Assembly: GCA_021108405.1 (NCBI GenBank) | Contig: JAIOQW010000228.1 | Coordinates: 1-63,565, forward strand | DNA length: 63,565 bases | Origin: Methanosarcinales archaeon | GTDB taxonomy: Archaea; Halobacteriota; Methanosarcinia; Methanosarcinales; Methanocomedenaceae | Reading direction: 5' to 3' | Shown here: piece by piece, positions 48,201 through 56,748 of the stretch | How positions within the stretch are numbered: the stretch's first letter is position 1 | Layout of the letters: each line of letters opens with the position of its first letter | Notes under the pieces: model-generated | What the model saw: only the letters and a program-made list of their open reading frames with translations | The model's database searches: none | Told to the model about the DNA's origin: nothing | Position numbers and translations under genes: made by a program

Positions 48201-51200
48201 ATCACTTGTATTCAACGCTTTTATCGGAGCATAATGAGCCGATGATATGGCAGCAGTCCTTGCAGTATATGCACCGTTCGAATGACATAGTTTGCAAGTG
48301 GCTGTGGTCGGTACAGTACTCATATCAGTAATGTGTTTATACACCAGCGGAGCATGTCCGAACTCATTAATATGACATTCATCACAGTCCTTCGGAGTGC
48401 TGCCGGGATGTCCCATGGTCACATTGATCATAAGAGTGAATTGTGCATCTCCATTTACATCCTGCACGAGTGCACTCCAGTTGCCTGGTCGGGGTAAGCT
48501 GATGTTTATACTGGTTCCAGTGTATGTGGTACCAGGTGCATACAGGACCAGGTTAAGTGTGCTGTCTCCTTCCCAATTGAGTGTAGTATTCAGGCTTGTG
48601 ATATTAGCAGGTAAGGTAAAGTTATATATTCGTGACTCTCTATCAACGACCATACTATTGATCTGCTGTCTGGGTGTGTGACAGTCGATGCAGTAGATAG
48701 TTTTATGTGCGGAATTCTTAAATTCGGCAATTGATATATGTTTATTACTCAATCTGTCATGGCATCCAAGGCAGGCATCATTTTCATCACTCATAGTAGG
48801 AAGTGTCAGGTTCTTATCATGTATCCTGGCTGAGCCATGACAGCCTGTACAGTCAATACCGTGTGTAACATTAGCAGTATATAACGGATCTGTGAATACA
48901 TCATTGAATTCCCTGCCTCCGTCAAGATGGCAGTACGAACAGTTGGTTACATTCCTACCATTCTCATTTTTCCACATATCGGTTCTCTGTCTGCCGTAGT
49001 GGGATACATAGTTTTTGGCTTCCCTGTATTTCACATCGTCTACGGGGGGTGTAGTTGTCAGTGATTTATTATGACATATCGTACAGTTAGCAATACTTGA
49101 ATTTGTGTGTATGTCCTCTCCGAGAGGCTGGTGTTCTCTTACCTGCAATGGTTTGCGGATAAGGTATTCGCTGTTAAGTGGAGTAGCAGTATCATGACAG
49201 TCCTCACACTGCGGCAGCTCTGATGCACGTCTTGTATGGAACGGGTCAATGAGTTGCTGTGAATAGTTATTATGGCATCCCCAGCAGACCTGGCTTATGC
49301 TGGTATAGTTGGATAAGTCGAAATCTCCTGTAATATTATAATGGATACTCTTGAAAAACCCGGTACTATTAATTATTGGCAAACCAGGGTTTGCATTCGA
49401 ACCTCCTTCCAAATGACATTCCGTACAGTCTCCTCCGGCAGCTTCTTCAGGCTCAAAATGAGGGTCACTGTGGCAAGAGAGGCAGTCAGTATAAGACATA
49501 TCATAATATCCGGCCATGCTATGTCCGCCTGGCCGCTGTATATGACAGGTAATACAGTCAGCAATAGTGATATCATGGAATGCATTATGGCATAACCTGC
49601 ACCCAATATCATCTTTTCCATCGTTATTAAGGTCGGTATGAGTGTATGAAAAACCATTACTATCCCATGCAGGCATGGGTTTTGATGTCCTGGCTCCTGC
49701 TAAAGTTCCATTAGCACCGGGGTTATGACATTCATTGCAATTGTAAGGTAAATGGATCACAGGTTTGTTCTTTATCGGATGACTTGAAGTGATGGTATAA
49801 TTGATGGTACCACCTGAGCGTGAAAAGACCCTGGCTATCCATATACCCTCACCAGGAACGGATTCAAAAATAACACCATGGAGATCTTCACCGGACGGAT
49901 AATATATTTTTGATCCGCTAGCAAATACAGCAGTACCATCGACATCCGGCACGCAGTAGGTACCGTCCCATCGATCATTAGTGTTCAGGTCCGCAAGACC
50001 ATTAGTATCATTGATAGGTCCGACAAGTGAGAGATATATTCTATCATTGTTATCTTCACAGTTCACTGTTATATTAATAGACCCGGAATCATCCATATTA
50101 ATGATATATGTCCTTACCTGTGCTTCATAAGACATGAACTCAGGAGAATAGTATCCTATGGTATCGGTTATCTGTGTGTCAGACCCAAAAGGCGGGTATT
50201 CCAGACCTTTACCCTGTGTTTTATGGTATATTCCATGACATGCTTCACAGATGACATTCTTATGCACTCCGGAAGGGTTCACATAAGCTGTTCCTGTTAA
50301 CGATGACGGGAATGCGATATTATAGGTAGTACTTTCGCTCTGGTCATGAATGAAACCTGTATGGCAATCAGTGCAATTGGCATCTGTTACATGAGAGGTT
50401 TCATTGAAGTTGGTCTGTGAGAGCCCACGGCCTACGGATGTATCGGAATAGATCTGTATAGTGGTATTTGATTGATCAAATATAGTGGTCCAGTTACTTT
50501 CTCCTTTAATAAACCCACCTTTATGACCATATATGAGGTCATGGAGATGGACTGGTGTTGCAGGTAAGAACTGTGATGCAAATGTACTATGGCACATTGA
50601 CATGCAATTGCCTCCCAGACCTGATGTGATGTTGTCAGGATGTATCATTACAGTTGGGTTTCTTGTCGAAGGGTCACCCTGCGGACTCCATGAATCATGA
50701 CAACCTCTTGCCTGGCAGCCCCATAGAGTAGTATTGAAACTGGTGGATACTGATAGGTCTTCTGACTGTATTGTTGTATTGAACTCAATATGATACTGGC
50801 CTGCATAGGCATCAACAGGGAAATCATATATTCCATAATAGAACAGGTGGACATAATCCTGTGCAAGATCGATAGAGGTTGTATTATTAGTAAAAATGTT
50901 GCTGACATGGTCATAATGAGGATATGTGAAATTTACTTTCAATACAGGGGGCTGGTTTTCCGCATCATCACTGAATATCACAGTCCCGCCTTTTTGCACT
51001 GTAATATCGTCAATCCACCACCCTGCATTGGCATTTCCATTTGAGACACAGTGGAATGCGACCATCATTTTTTCTCCTTCATATTTTGTCAGGTTGATCT
51101 CTTCCGTCACCCATCCACCACTATCTCCTGAGTACTGTTTGAGTATATCCCAGGTTGCTCCTCTATCTGTAGAGACCTTCACAAACCCGAAAACACCCGT

Positions 51201-51722
51201 TATATTATATGTTGTTTGGAATGTCAGGTTGGTTGTAGGGGGATCAGCCATTGGTTGTGCTCCGGTGAGCACACTATTGAGCCAATTATATAATGTTATA
51301 AAAATTCCTTTTTTTTCTGTGGAATGAGACATGTACATCAAATCAATATCATCGAATGGGTCTTGCGATGAAGAATAATTATCAAGATAATGCCAGGAAT
51401 GTATTCCATACCCTGCCTTCCAGCTATAGCTACCTCCATGTGAGATTGAACTGTCCCATGTCCATGCCGGAGGTGAAAGGCCGCTGATCGGTGTGGTATT
51501 TTCCATAATACTTACTGATATTATGTTCTTTTGCTGCATACCACTTCCCAGGTCCCACCAGCTCCATCCTGTTGTATTCCCACTACTCAGGTATCCAAGC
51601 TGGTATGGTGTCTGACCGTAGTTGATCCTTATAGAATAATCCTGTGCTTGAACAACATCTAACCATACACTGCAGGATAGTAGTATTAGTAATAATATCC
51701 CAACAGTGCATATGTACTTCAT
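45261..51722 (-). CDS. Giant multiheme c-type cytochrome (2153 aa) with non-heme insert domains and a C-terminal TM anchor
   Basis: Signal peptide MKYICTVGILLLILLSCSVWLDVVQA. By manual count there are 36 CxxCH motifs plus one CQARGCH (Cx4CH). There is a non-heme N-terminal beta-sandwich-like region (STDRGATWDIL...GWWIDDITV), two PPC-like inserts and two S-layer-type domains. The C-terminus is KKPGGMAFIELILKWILPLIIITGSLILIWRRIK. Confidence 0.9.
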   Translation of the reverse strand: MKYICTVGILLLILLSCSVWLDVVQAQDYSIRINYGQTPYQLGYLSSGNTTGWSWWDLGSGMQQKNIISVSIMENTTPISGLSPPAWTWDSSISHGGSYSWKAGYGIHSWHYLDNYSSSQDPFDDIDLMYMSHSTEKKGIFITLYNWLNSVLTGAQPMADPPTTNLTFQTTYNITGVFGFVKVSTDRGATWDILKQYSGDSGGWVTEEINLTKYEGEKMMVAFHCVSNGNANAGWWIDDITVQKGGTVIFSDDAENQPPVLKVNFTYPHYDHVSNIFTNNTTSIDLAQDYVHLFYYGIYDFPVDAYAGQYHIEFNTTIQSEDLSVSTSFNTTLWGCQARGCHDSWSPQGDPSTRNPTVMIHPDNITSGLGGNCMSMCHSTFASQFLPATPVHLHDLIYGHKGGFIKGESNWTTIFDQSNTTIQIYSDTSVGRGLSQTNFNETSHVTDANCTDCHTGFIHDQSESTTYNIAFPSSLTGTAYVNPSGVHKNVICEACHGIYHKTQGKGLEYPPFGSDTQITDTIGYYSPEFMSYEAQVRTYIINMDDSGSINITVNCEDNNDRIYLSLVGPINDTNGLADLNTNDRWDGTYCVPDVDGTAVFASGSKIYYPSGEDLHGVIFESVPGEGIWIARVFSRSGGTINYTITSSHPIKNKPVIHLPYNCNECHNPGANGTLAGARTSKPMPAWDSNGFSYTHTDLNNDGKDDIGCRLCHNAFHDITIADCITCHIQRPGGHSMAGYYDMSYTDCLSCHSDPHFEPEEAAGGDCTECHLEGGSNANPGLPIINSTGFFKSIHYNITGDFDLSNYTSISQVCWGCHNNYSQQLIDPFHTRRASELPQCEDCHDTATPLNSEYLIRKPLQVREHQPLGEDIHTNSSIANCTICHNKSLTTTPPVDDVKYREAKNYVSHYGRQRTDMWKNENGRNVTNCSYCHLDGGREFNDVFTDPLYTANVTHGIDCTGCHGSARIHDKNLTLPTMSDENDACLGCHDRLSNKHISIAEFKNSAHKTIYCIDCHTPRQQINSMVVDRESRIYNFTLPANITSLNTTLNWEGDSTLNLVLYAPGTTYTGTSINISLPRPGNWSALVQDVNGDAQFTLMINVTMGHPGSTPKDCDECHINEFGHAPLVYKHITDMSTVPTTATCKLCHSNGAYTARTAAISSAHYAPIKALNTSDCIKCHTGIADGWGDPPDQRNHTHYTLINETLSAGESFRLIDNYSLVLIETTPNDAVFDIKQNGVLLKRDYISKGGRLTYEISGIEDNNTTLIDLIVTKIFSSRGSFVAEVCGNVLSSRIHIETENKQCYACHDREYRTNIPDGTDYVVLQRKDENITLGRIAVNFAQHDKKMLTSGEIWDLGEHFSLQVVDVSVKQNNAHFRLYRNKTLIEDSVITQGSYFTHEQEMLDRDIEIFHAKLDCVFTGMSTLSVTLSDVLLIAQEHKIIDENTSILQTNIQPKYLPLDSLITLGGEPGTFHVGTITPGIYTADCISCHAGDGVAPIKIDINKFKDGVHVGLNSNATYSGFITDEANKACWACHGNGSSDEPVEHPTAYFGTDPATSCVSCHAYSKFDAVQIYTHYSGAEISTDAGCWDCHSLTFTNDTLKNAKAATSHYSTRDDLLHTSHCAVCHNNETNGLLWGDAPQITKHNADNDCTLCHAGEGVAMFHDTGITITRQCEDCHVDKEGAEKFNLSPLITHYPGAPEDKVNTLKNYEYTCSVCHNTTNKSIHTGLIVREYANETFGYCFPCHSVEGQFPHKPQSQIDVLRHGSGVKVVSGCEECHDPESVSRSHSPFLVDKGYFTGAIKHDVECTECHPPHEERKYQPYEGILCTDCHTEYGSMHYAGAEIKTANKTTTCIICHNEEADKYHELTRIVGNLTDETFEGCRECHKDIESLKVEYNSSVQLKGGMRASISHPLFNRTIITCTSCHNATGESRFHFDSYPLGTVQDTGWQDWDTGNITGCKDCHTYHGGASPFNATNMGTEGLSPSGTAHGFAPNCTLCHGGGDPVSLHTLATSEFIPRIAVSLKPDRVISGEVSLLECTVVLPPLTKVTVGEYFINDMGKDGTGKPLQFVVGGSNDSSVLLGAVIDTSDMPPGQYIFLVHVKDSSGKWSRDAIDLLTVKKPGGMAFIELILKWILPLIIITGSLILIWRRIK

Positions 51723-52729
51723 ATGGTTTCAGCTCTCTTTTCTTTTTTCTTATGCCTTAACTTGATACTTAATATAAAGAAAAAAATAGACAATATGCAC
51801 ATGAGAACTAATTGGTCAAGTGAAAATTCTGGTAGCCATGCCAGGTTATATACATTCACACTGATGATCTGCAACACCAATACCAATATGAAAATAACCG
51901 GAAATGCCATCAGGACCTTACCGGCAGTATGACGGAGTTGTGATGTGTTTATATTATTATCCAGATCAAAAAGCAGGACACCTTCAATGGTATATTTACA
52001 CCATGTATAATAAGCACTTACATATATCACCAGTCCGATACCCATACAACCGATCACTATATTATTTCCATAGAAAATGTCACCCATGATCGTGGTAAAA
52101 GGAATAACAAGAATAGGGATAAATAACCATGCCCATATTGAAGAACGCTGTAATAAATGAAAATCATAAGTAATTTCCAGCCACCAGACTGAATATAACC
52201 CGATAAATGCCAGTATAGCGTAACTGCCCCAAACATTCAACAGAAATATTAATAAAATTAGTGAAAAATTGATTAAGATGACCAATCGGAGAAATCGTGA
52301 TATCTGTTGGGAAATATCTATCCCGAATGCCGGATCTGAACCTGGTATCTTTAGTTCGACCGAACGTTTGCCAAGTCTTTCAATATTAAGATTCATGGTG
52401 TTTAGCCGTTCTTCTATGGAATTGATCACTACCTGGGTCCCGGCAATTTCTTCAAGGACCGGCTCTAACCTGGTATAAATTTCTTTTTCAAAACCAGTAT
52501 CGATCAGTTGTTCTCTTACAATGGTTCTTCTGGTAAGGTTTATTCCTCCCCACAGGGCACACAATCCGATCAATAACAATGTGAAATTAATGATAAAATT
52601 ATCGGGTTCACCTGATTTGCCTGATAGTATGTCTATCACATTCGCAAATGATAAATAGATCAGGTATAATGCTGTGCATAACAGGCAAACAATGCTAAAT
52701 TTTTCAATCAATGATATTCCCGGTCTCAA
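51719..52729 (-). CDS. Unknown polytopic membrane protein (about 8 TM helices with a ~70-aa coiled-coil loop)
   Basis: 336 aa with no motif recognised. It has 4-bp overlaps with both the signal peptidase (upstream) and the giant cytochrome (downstream). Confidence 0.6.
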   Translation of the reverse strand: MRPGISLIEKFSIVCLLCTALYLIYLSFANVIDILSGKSGEPDNFIINFTLLLIGLCALWGGINLTRRTIVREQLIDTGFEKEIYTRLEPVLEEIAGTQVVINSIEERLNTMNLNIERLGKRSVELKIPGSDPAFGIDISQQISRFLRLVILINFSLILLIFLLNVWGSYAILAFIGLYSVWWLEITYDFHLLQRSSIWAWLFIPILVIPFTTIMGDIFYGNNIVIGCMGIGLVIYVSAYYTWCKYTIEGVLLFDLDNNINTSQLRHTAGKVLMAFPVIFILVLVLQIISVNVYNLAWLPEFSLDQLVLMCILSIFFFILSIKLRHKKKEKRAETI

Positions 52730-53502
52730 TGTCTACTTCCCCCTGGTGTGAAAGTTATAAAAATATATAGTAATATACAGAGAATGAATATCACCAGTCC
52801 GAGGTTTTTAATACCCTTGATGACCTGGCTTATCCTGTACATCTGCGAACCATACTCTGTGATCTCAATATTACTGTCATCAAATAGTAGATATTCACCA
52901 ATGTTCTTCACTACTATCGGTCTACCATTGATAAGTACTGCTTCTCCCTGTATCAGGTCTTTATCCAATACCCAGTTATCTACTAATTCACACGCATCAC
53001 CCCTTGTTCGTATCTCGCTGTTTGAGCATGAATATACCCTGTGAATAACAGGCATCTTTACGTCTTCTATATCGAACATGATGATGTCTCCCTGCTGTGG
53101 GTCTACCTTCAGGTTTTGAATTAATACGAGGTCCTTTATTTCAAGGGTCGGAGACATGCTGCCTGAGGTTATAATTGCAAAAAAGACAAACGAGTTAAGG
53201 ATAACATATGCAATTGATCCGGTTATCAACAGGGGAAACAATACTGACAGAAGTTTGGGTCTTTTTGATATTTCATCATACCGTTTCATCTGTTGGTATA
53301 TAGGATATGTCTTATGGGATGTTCTTATTTTTTGTCGGTTAAGTGTGGAAGGGGTATTGTTTGGTTTATTGATACAGACCCTGTACAGGATAAATAATGA
53401 AAAAAGCCATAATAAATAAATTATAACAATAGATGGGTGATCATAACATAAGTATAATACACCATAGATTATTCCTCCGATCATCTGTTCAATAAATGAC
53501 AT
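52726..53502 (-). CDS. Signal peptidase I, archaeal/ER (Ser-His) type, with an extended N-terminal membrane region
   Basis: Box motifs SGSMSPTL, GDIIMF, IHRV and TRGDACELVDNW, plus a C-terminal TM helix. Confidence 0.75.
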   Translation of the reverse strand: MSFIEQMIGGIIYGVLYLCYDHPSIVIIYLLWLFSLFILYRVCINKPNNTPSTLNRQKIRTSHKTYPIYQQMKRYDEISKRPKLLSVLFPLLITGSIAYVILNSFVFFAIITSGSMSPTLEIKDLVLIQNLKVDPQQGDIIMFDIEDVKMPVIHRVYSCSNSEIRTRGDACELVDNWVLDKDLIQGEAVLINGRPIVVKNIGEYLLFDDSNIEITEYGSQMYRISQVIKGIKNLGLVIFILCILLYIFITFTPGGSRH

Positions 53503-53540
53503 TTTTATAAAAAAAATTAGGTTGACTTGATGTCAACCTA

Positions 53541-54257
53541 TCAACCTGTCGTCTGGTTTGGTGCCCAGTATGTACTATCACTTGTTCTTTCGCTGCTGTT
53601 CATGGAAATATCTAATTCCCAGCCGTTAGATGTGTAATTGGTGTGGTTTGCTGCTATAATTATCCCACCCTCATTACGTTCCATGGTAATATTGAGTCCT
53701 ATCATTGTGTGACATGCCAGACAGGCAGTATTTTCAGATACGTCATCTCCACTTAAGGTTTTTGTGGCATTATAGAAGTCGCCATGTGCCTCTTTTGGAT
53801 TAAGTAGTTGTGAACTGGCATTCAGGTGGCAGTCAACACATGCTATCGTCAGTGCAGCATGGGGTGTATCCTGTGTTCGCCATGATGAATTCCAGTCACC
53901 GATTTCTGTTAGACTTCCGCTTTCATTGAATATCTCAAAACCATAACCACTAATGTTGGTTGTATTGATCCCGTACATTGACAACCGAGTTTCATTAACC
54001 TGATGGCAGAAACATCCGGCTTCTTGGGAATTTCCTTCATTTTCATATGACGAGTGCGCTCCACCTCTGGCTATGTTGGCTTTCCATTCACCAACCTCGG
54101 CTGCATGACATCTCTCACACATATCATATTGGCTCTCTGCAGTTCTTACACTAAACCACTGGTGCTGGCCTACGAACATTGATAATGTACCTGGTATAAT
54201 GAATAGGCCGATAGCGATAACTGCAATACCTAATACTATTATTGCTCGTTTGTCCAT
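53541..54257 (-). CDS. Membrane-anchored tetraheme c-type cytochrome
   Basis: N-terminal TM helix (IIVLGIAVIAIGLFIIPG) and four CxxCH motifs (CERCH, CFCH, CVDCH, CLACH). It is the first gene of the operon. Confidence 0.85.
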   Translation of the reverse strand: MDKRAIIVLGIAVIAIGLFIIPGTLSMFVGQHQWFSVRTAESQYDMCERCHAAEVGEWKANIARGGAHSSYENEGNSQEAGCFCHQVNETRLSMYGINTTNISGYGFEIFNESGSLTEIGDWNSSWRTQDTPHAALTIACVDCHLNASSQLLNPKEAHGDFYNATKTLSGDDVSENTACLACHTMIGLNITMERNEGGIIIAANHTNYTSNGWELDISMNSSERTSDSTYWAPNQTTG

Positions 54258-54586
54258 CTACTAACCCCCGATTAATTATTGGATTCTCTTTCTTGTTGAT
54301 ATAAGGTATATTTTTTTATAAAATTTTTATGTAATAGTTACAGGAAAAACTGTTTTACTTTATTAATTGTTCTTCCCCCCGAGTGCTTTATATTAAGGCA
54401 ATCGTGATTATAGTATGATAATATAATAATATAATAATAACCCACTACACTGATTATATTTATAAGTTTGATACTATATATATTTATTGAAGAACTTTAA
54501 ATCTGCCATACTACTATGATTTCTTTAAGTTCAGCAGTGAACATTATATATCTTCTTACTGTCAAATCATTTAACTTGGAATAGGT

Positions 54587-55360
54587 ATGAATAAGACTAA
54601 AAAAGAGGTGGTACACATGATGAAAAAAAACATTGCTCATCTTAAATATACTCCCGGCCAGATTAAGAAAAAAACGAGAAAAATCTATCGTAAGATACTT
54701 TCAGAGTCAAAAAACCTTGATAGTGGAAATTATAATGGTATTGCAACAAGTGACGTTTATCGTCTATTTGAACTGTATGATCTGTATTTTTTTGATAGGT
54801 TTTTCCAAAATAATTATCAGGATAAGATCTTTTTTCGTTTGTCAAAAAGAATGACCCGTGCGGCAGGAAGAATCGCATATACAAAACCGGCAGAGACATA
54901 TACTATCTCTTTATCGACTACATTGATCTTCCAGACTTTTCATGATGTAACACGAGAGGTGTCAGCAAACGGAATTGTTTGTCATGATAGATTAGAAGCA
55001 ACAATGCATGTACTGGAACATGAGATCATCCATCTTCTGGAATGGGTACTATTTAATTCAACGAGCTGTTCCAAACCTCGTTTTCAACATTTGAGCTATA
55101 ACATTTTCGGACATACGCAGGTTACTCATCAATTGATAACCCAAACAGAGCGTGCCAGGAAAAAATTCAATCTTAAAGTAGGGGATAATGTGTCATTTGA
55201 ACATGATGGGGAAACCCACTATGGTTTCATCTCCCGTATAACCAAACGTGCTACGGTTATGGCTAATGACCCGAAAGGAGACTATAAAGACCCTCAGGGA
55301 AACCGGTATAGCAAATATTATATTCCATTGCCATTACTTGAAGTGGTCAAATCTTTATAG
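54587..55360 (+). CDS. SprT-like zinc metalloprotease domain protein
   Basis: FFRLSKRMTRAAGRI followed by the HEIIHLLEW (HExxH) motif. The exact start is uncertain, as there are several Met codons in the first 12 residues. Confidence 0.55.
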   Translation: MNKTKKEVVHMMKKNIAHLKYTPGQIKKKTRKIYRKILSESKNLDSGNYNGIATSDVYRLFELYDLYFFDRFFQNNYQDKIFFRLSKRMTRAAGRIAYTKPAETYTISLSTTLIFQTFHDVTREVSANGIVCHDRLEATMHVLEHEIIHLLEWVLFNSTSCSKPRFQHLSYNIFGHTQVTHQLITQTERARKKFNLKVGDNVSFEHDGETHYGFISRITKRATVMANDPKGDYKDPQGNRYSKYYIPLPLLEVVKSL

Positions 55361-55382
55361 GACTTGATATACTATGAGAAAT

Positions 55383-55453
55383 CACAGATACACTCACCTC
55401 CTACGGAGTTGAGTGCCTGCTATGCCTGAAGGGCATGCAGGTAACACAGATTT
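55383..55453. repeat. Z-family hairpin element, second copy (shorter, opposite orientation)
   Basis: agatacactcacctcctacggagttgagtgcctgctatgcctgaagggcatgcaggtaacacagattt aligns at roughly 80% by eye with the reverse complement of 39470-39550. Confidence 0.65.
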
Positions 55454-55724
55454 GTTGATGGGGTCATAGACGCTATTCATTGGAACAAAATGTCGAGGCT
55501 CACAGGTATGTCGATAAAGGACACAAAAAGGGAAATGTCGCCATAACTGTAGAACATAATAACAAAATATAACAAATTAGGAGGAATTGAAATGACAAAC
55601 AGTATCACCGATACATCACAACGCAAAGCCGCTAGAGTTGCAGGTATACTAAATATTGTTTCATCCGCAGACCATTATATACCATTGCCCTGCCCCCTGG
55701 TAAGAAGAAAATATATACAATAAG

Positions 55725-56012
55725 ATGTTATGTATTAAAAGCATAAGGAGGAATAGTAATCTGAAAGAATTGCAAATAATTCCAGGAGTTGGGAAAAGTA
55801 TTGCCCGGGATTTTTGGAATATCGGGATTAGAACTATTTCAGATTTGAAAGGCAAAGATCCTGAAGAATTATATCTTAGAATTTGTGCCGATCAAGGAAG
55901 CCAGGTTGACCGTTGCATTCTTTATGTTTGCCGTTCTTCAGTTTATTTTGCTGAAAATAAAAATCCTGAACCAGAAAAATTGAAATGGTGGAATTGGAAG
56001 GATGAAAAATAA
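55725..56012 (+). CDS. Helix-hairpin-helix protein (Cdd1 / pathogenicity-locus-like)
   Basis: LKELQIIPGVGKSIARDFWNIGIRTISDLKGKDPEELY is an HhH motif. The protein is 95 aa. Confidence 0.55.
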   Translation: MLCIKSIRRNSNLKELQIIPGVGKSIARDFWNIGIRTISDLKGKDPEELYLRICADQGSQVDRCILYVCRSSVYFAENKNPEPEKLKWWNWKDEK

Positions 56013-56129
56013 GGTGTTTTGAATAATGAAATTCACCCCTTTACCCCCTTTTAATTTTAATAATCCAAATCCGGTTGGTTTAACATCCTATACAAATATT
56101 TATTACAATAAAGGTTATAGTGAATTATA

Positions 56130-56663
56130 ATGGATGAAATTTTTCTTTTTGGTATTGCATTTTTTGGGTTCATGACAATTTATAACATAATTGTATCAGG
56201 TAGGAAAAAAGAATATTTTCCTGCAATTGTAAGCCTATTAATGACCCTGGCATCATCACTATTCTTCTTTGAACAATTCTTTTTTGGATCAGCTTTTATT
56301 TTTGCTGCTATATTATTATCTATCGCGAAATTTTCAAAAAGTATGGACATACAAAGAAAAAAAGTTTCACAAGAATTTGAGATGATTAACTATAAAGAAC
56401 CACTTAAATTAAAAGATTTTCTTAGCTGGAAAAGCTGGGGAAAAATTGCCAGGAAATATGGAGCCAAAAAAGCAGCATTTCTTTATTCATTGCTAATAGC
56501 AATTTTTATAACTCTAATGTTATTATTGCTTTTGACATTTTTTGAAGATACTCCTGATAAATCTTTTATTTTAACATTTGTTATAACATACTCTGTAGTT
56601 TCATATTATCATCATAGTAGGATTTTTAAGCAATCTTTAAAAGATATGGATGAAAATTATTAG
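56130..56663 (+). CDS. Hypothetical membrane protein (about 5 TM helices)
   Basis: Hydrophobic segments throughout, with no recognisable motif. Confidence 0.4.
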   Translation: MDEIFLFGIAFFGFMTIYNIIVSGRKKEYFPAIVSLLMTLASSLFFFEQFFFGSAFIFAAILLSIAKFSKSMDIQRKKVSQEFEMINYKEPLKLKDFLSWKSWGKIARKYGAKKAAFLYSLLIAIFITLMLLLLLTFFEDTPDKSFILTFVITYSVVSYYHHSRIFKQSLKDMDENY

Positions 56664-56748
56664 AAGTATGTAATCCCAGCTATTTTTTTAGATTGGTCTC
56701 ATGCGCCTGAAAGCAGATACTAAAATCAACAACTTTATAGAAGATATT

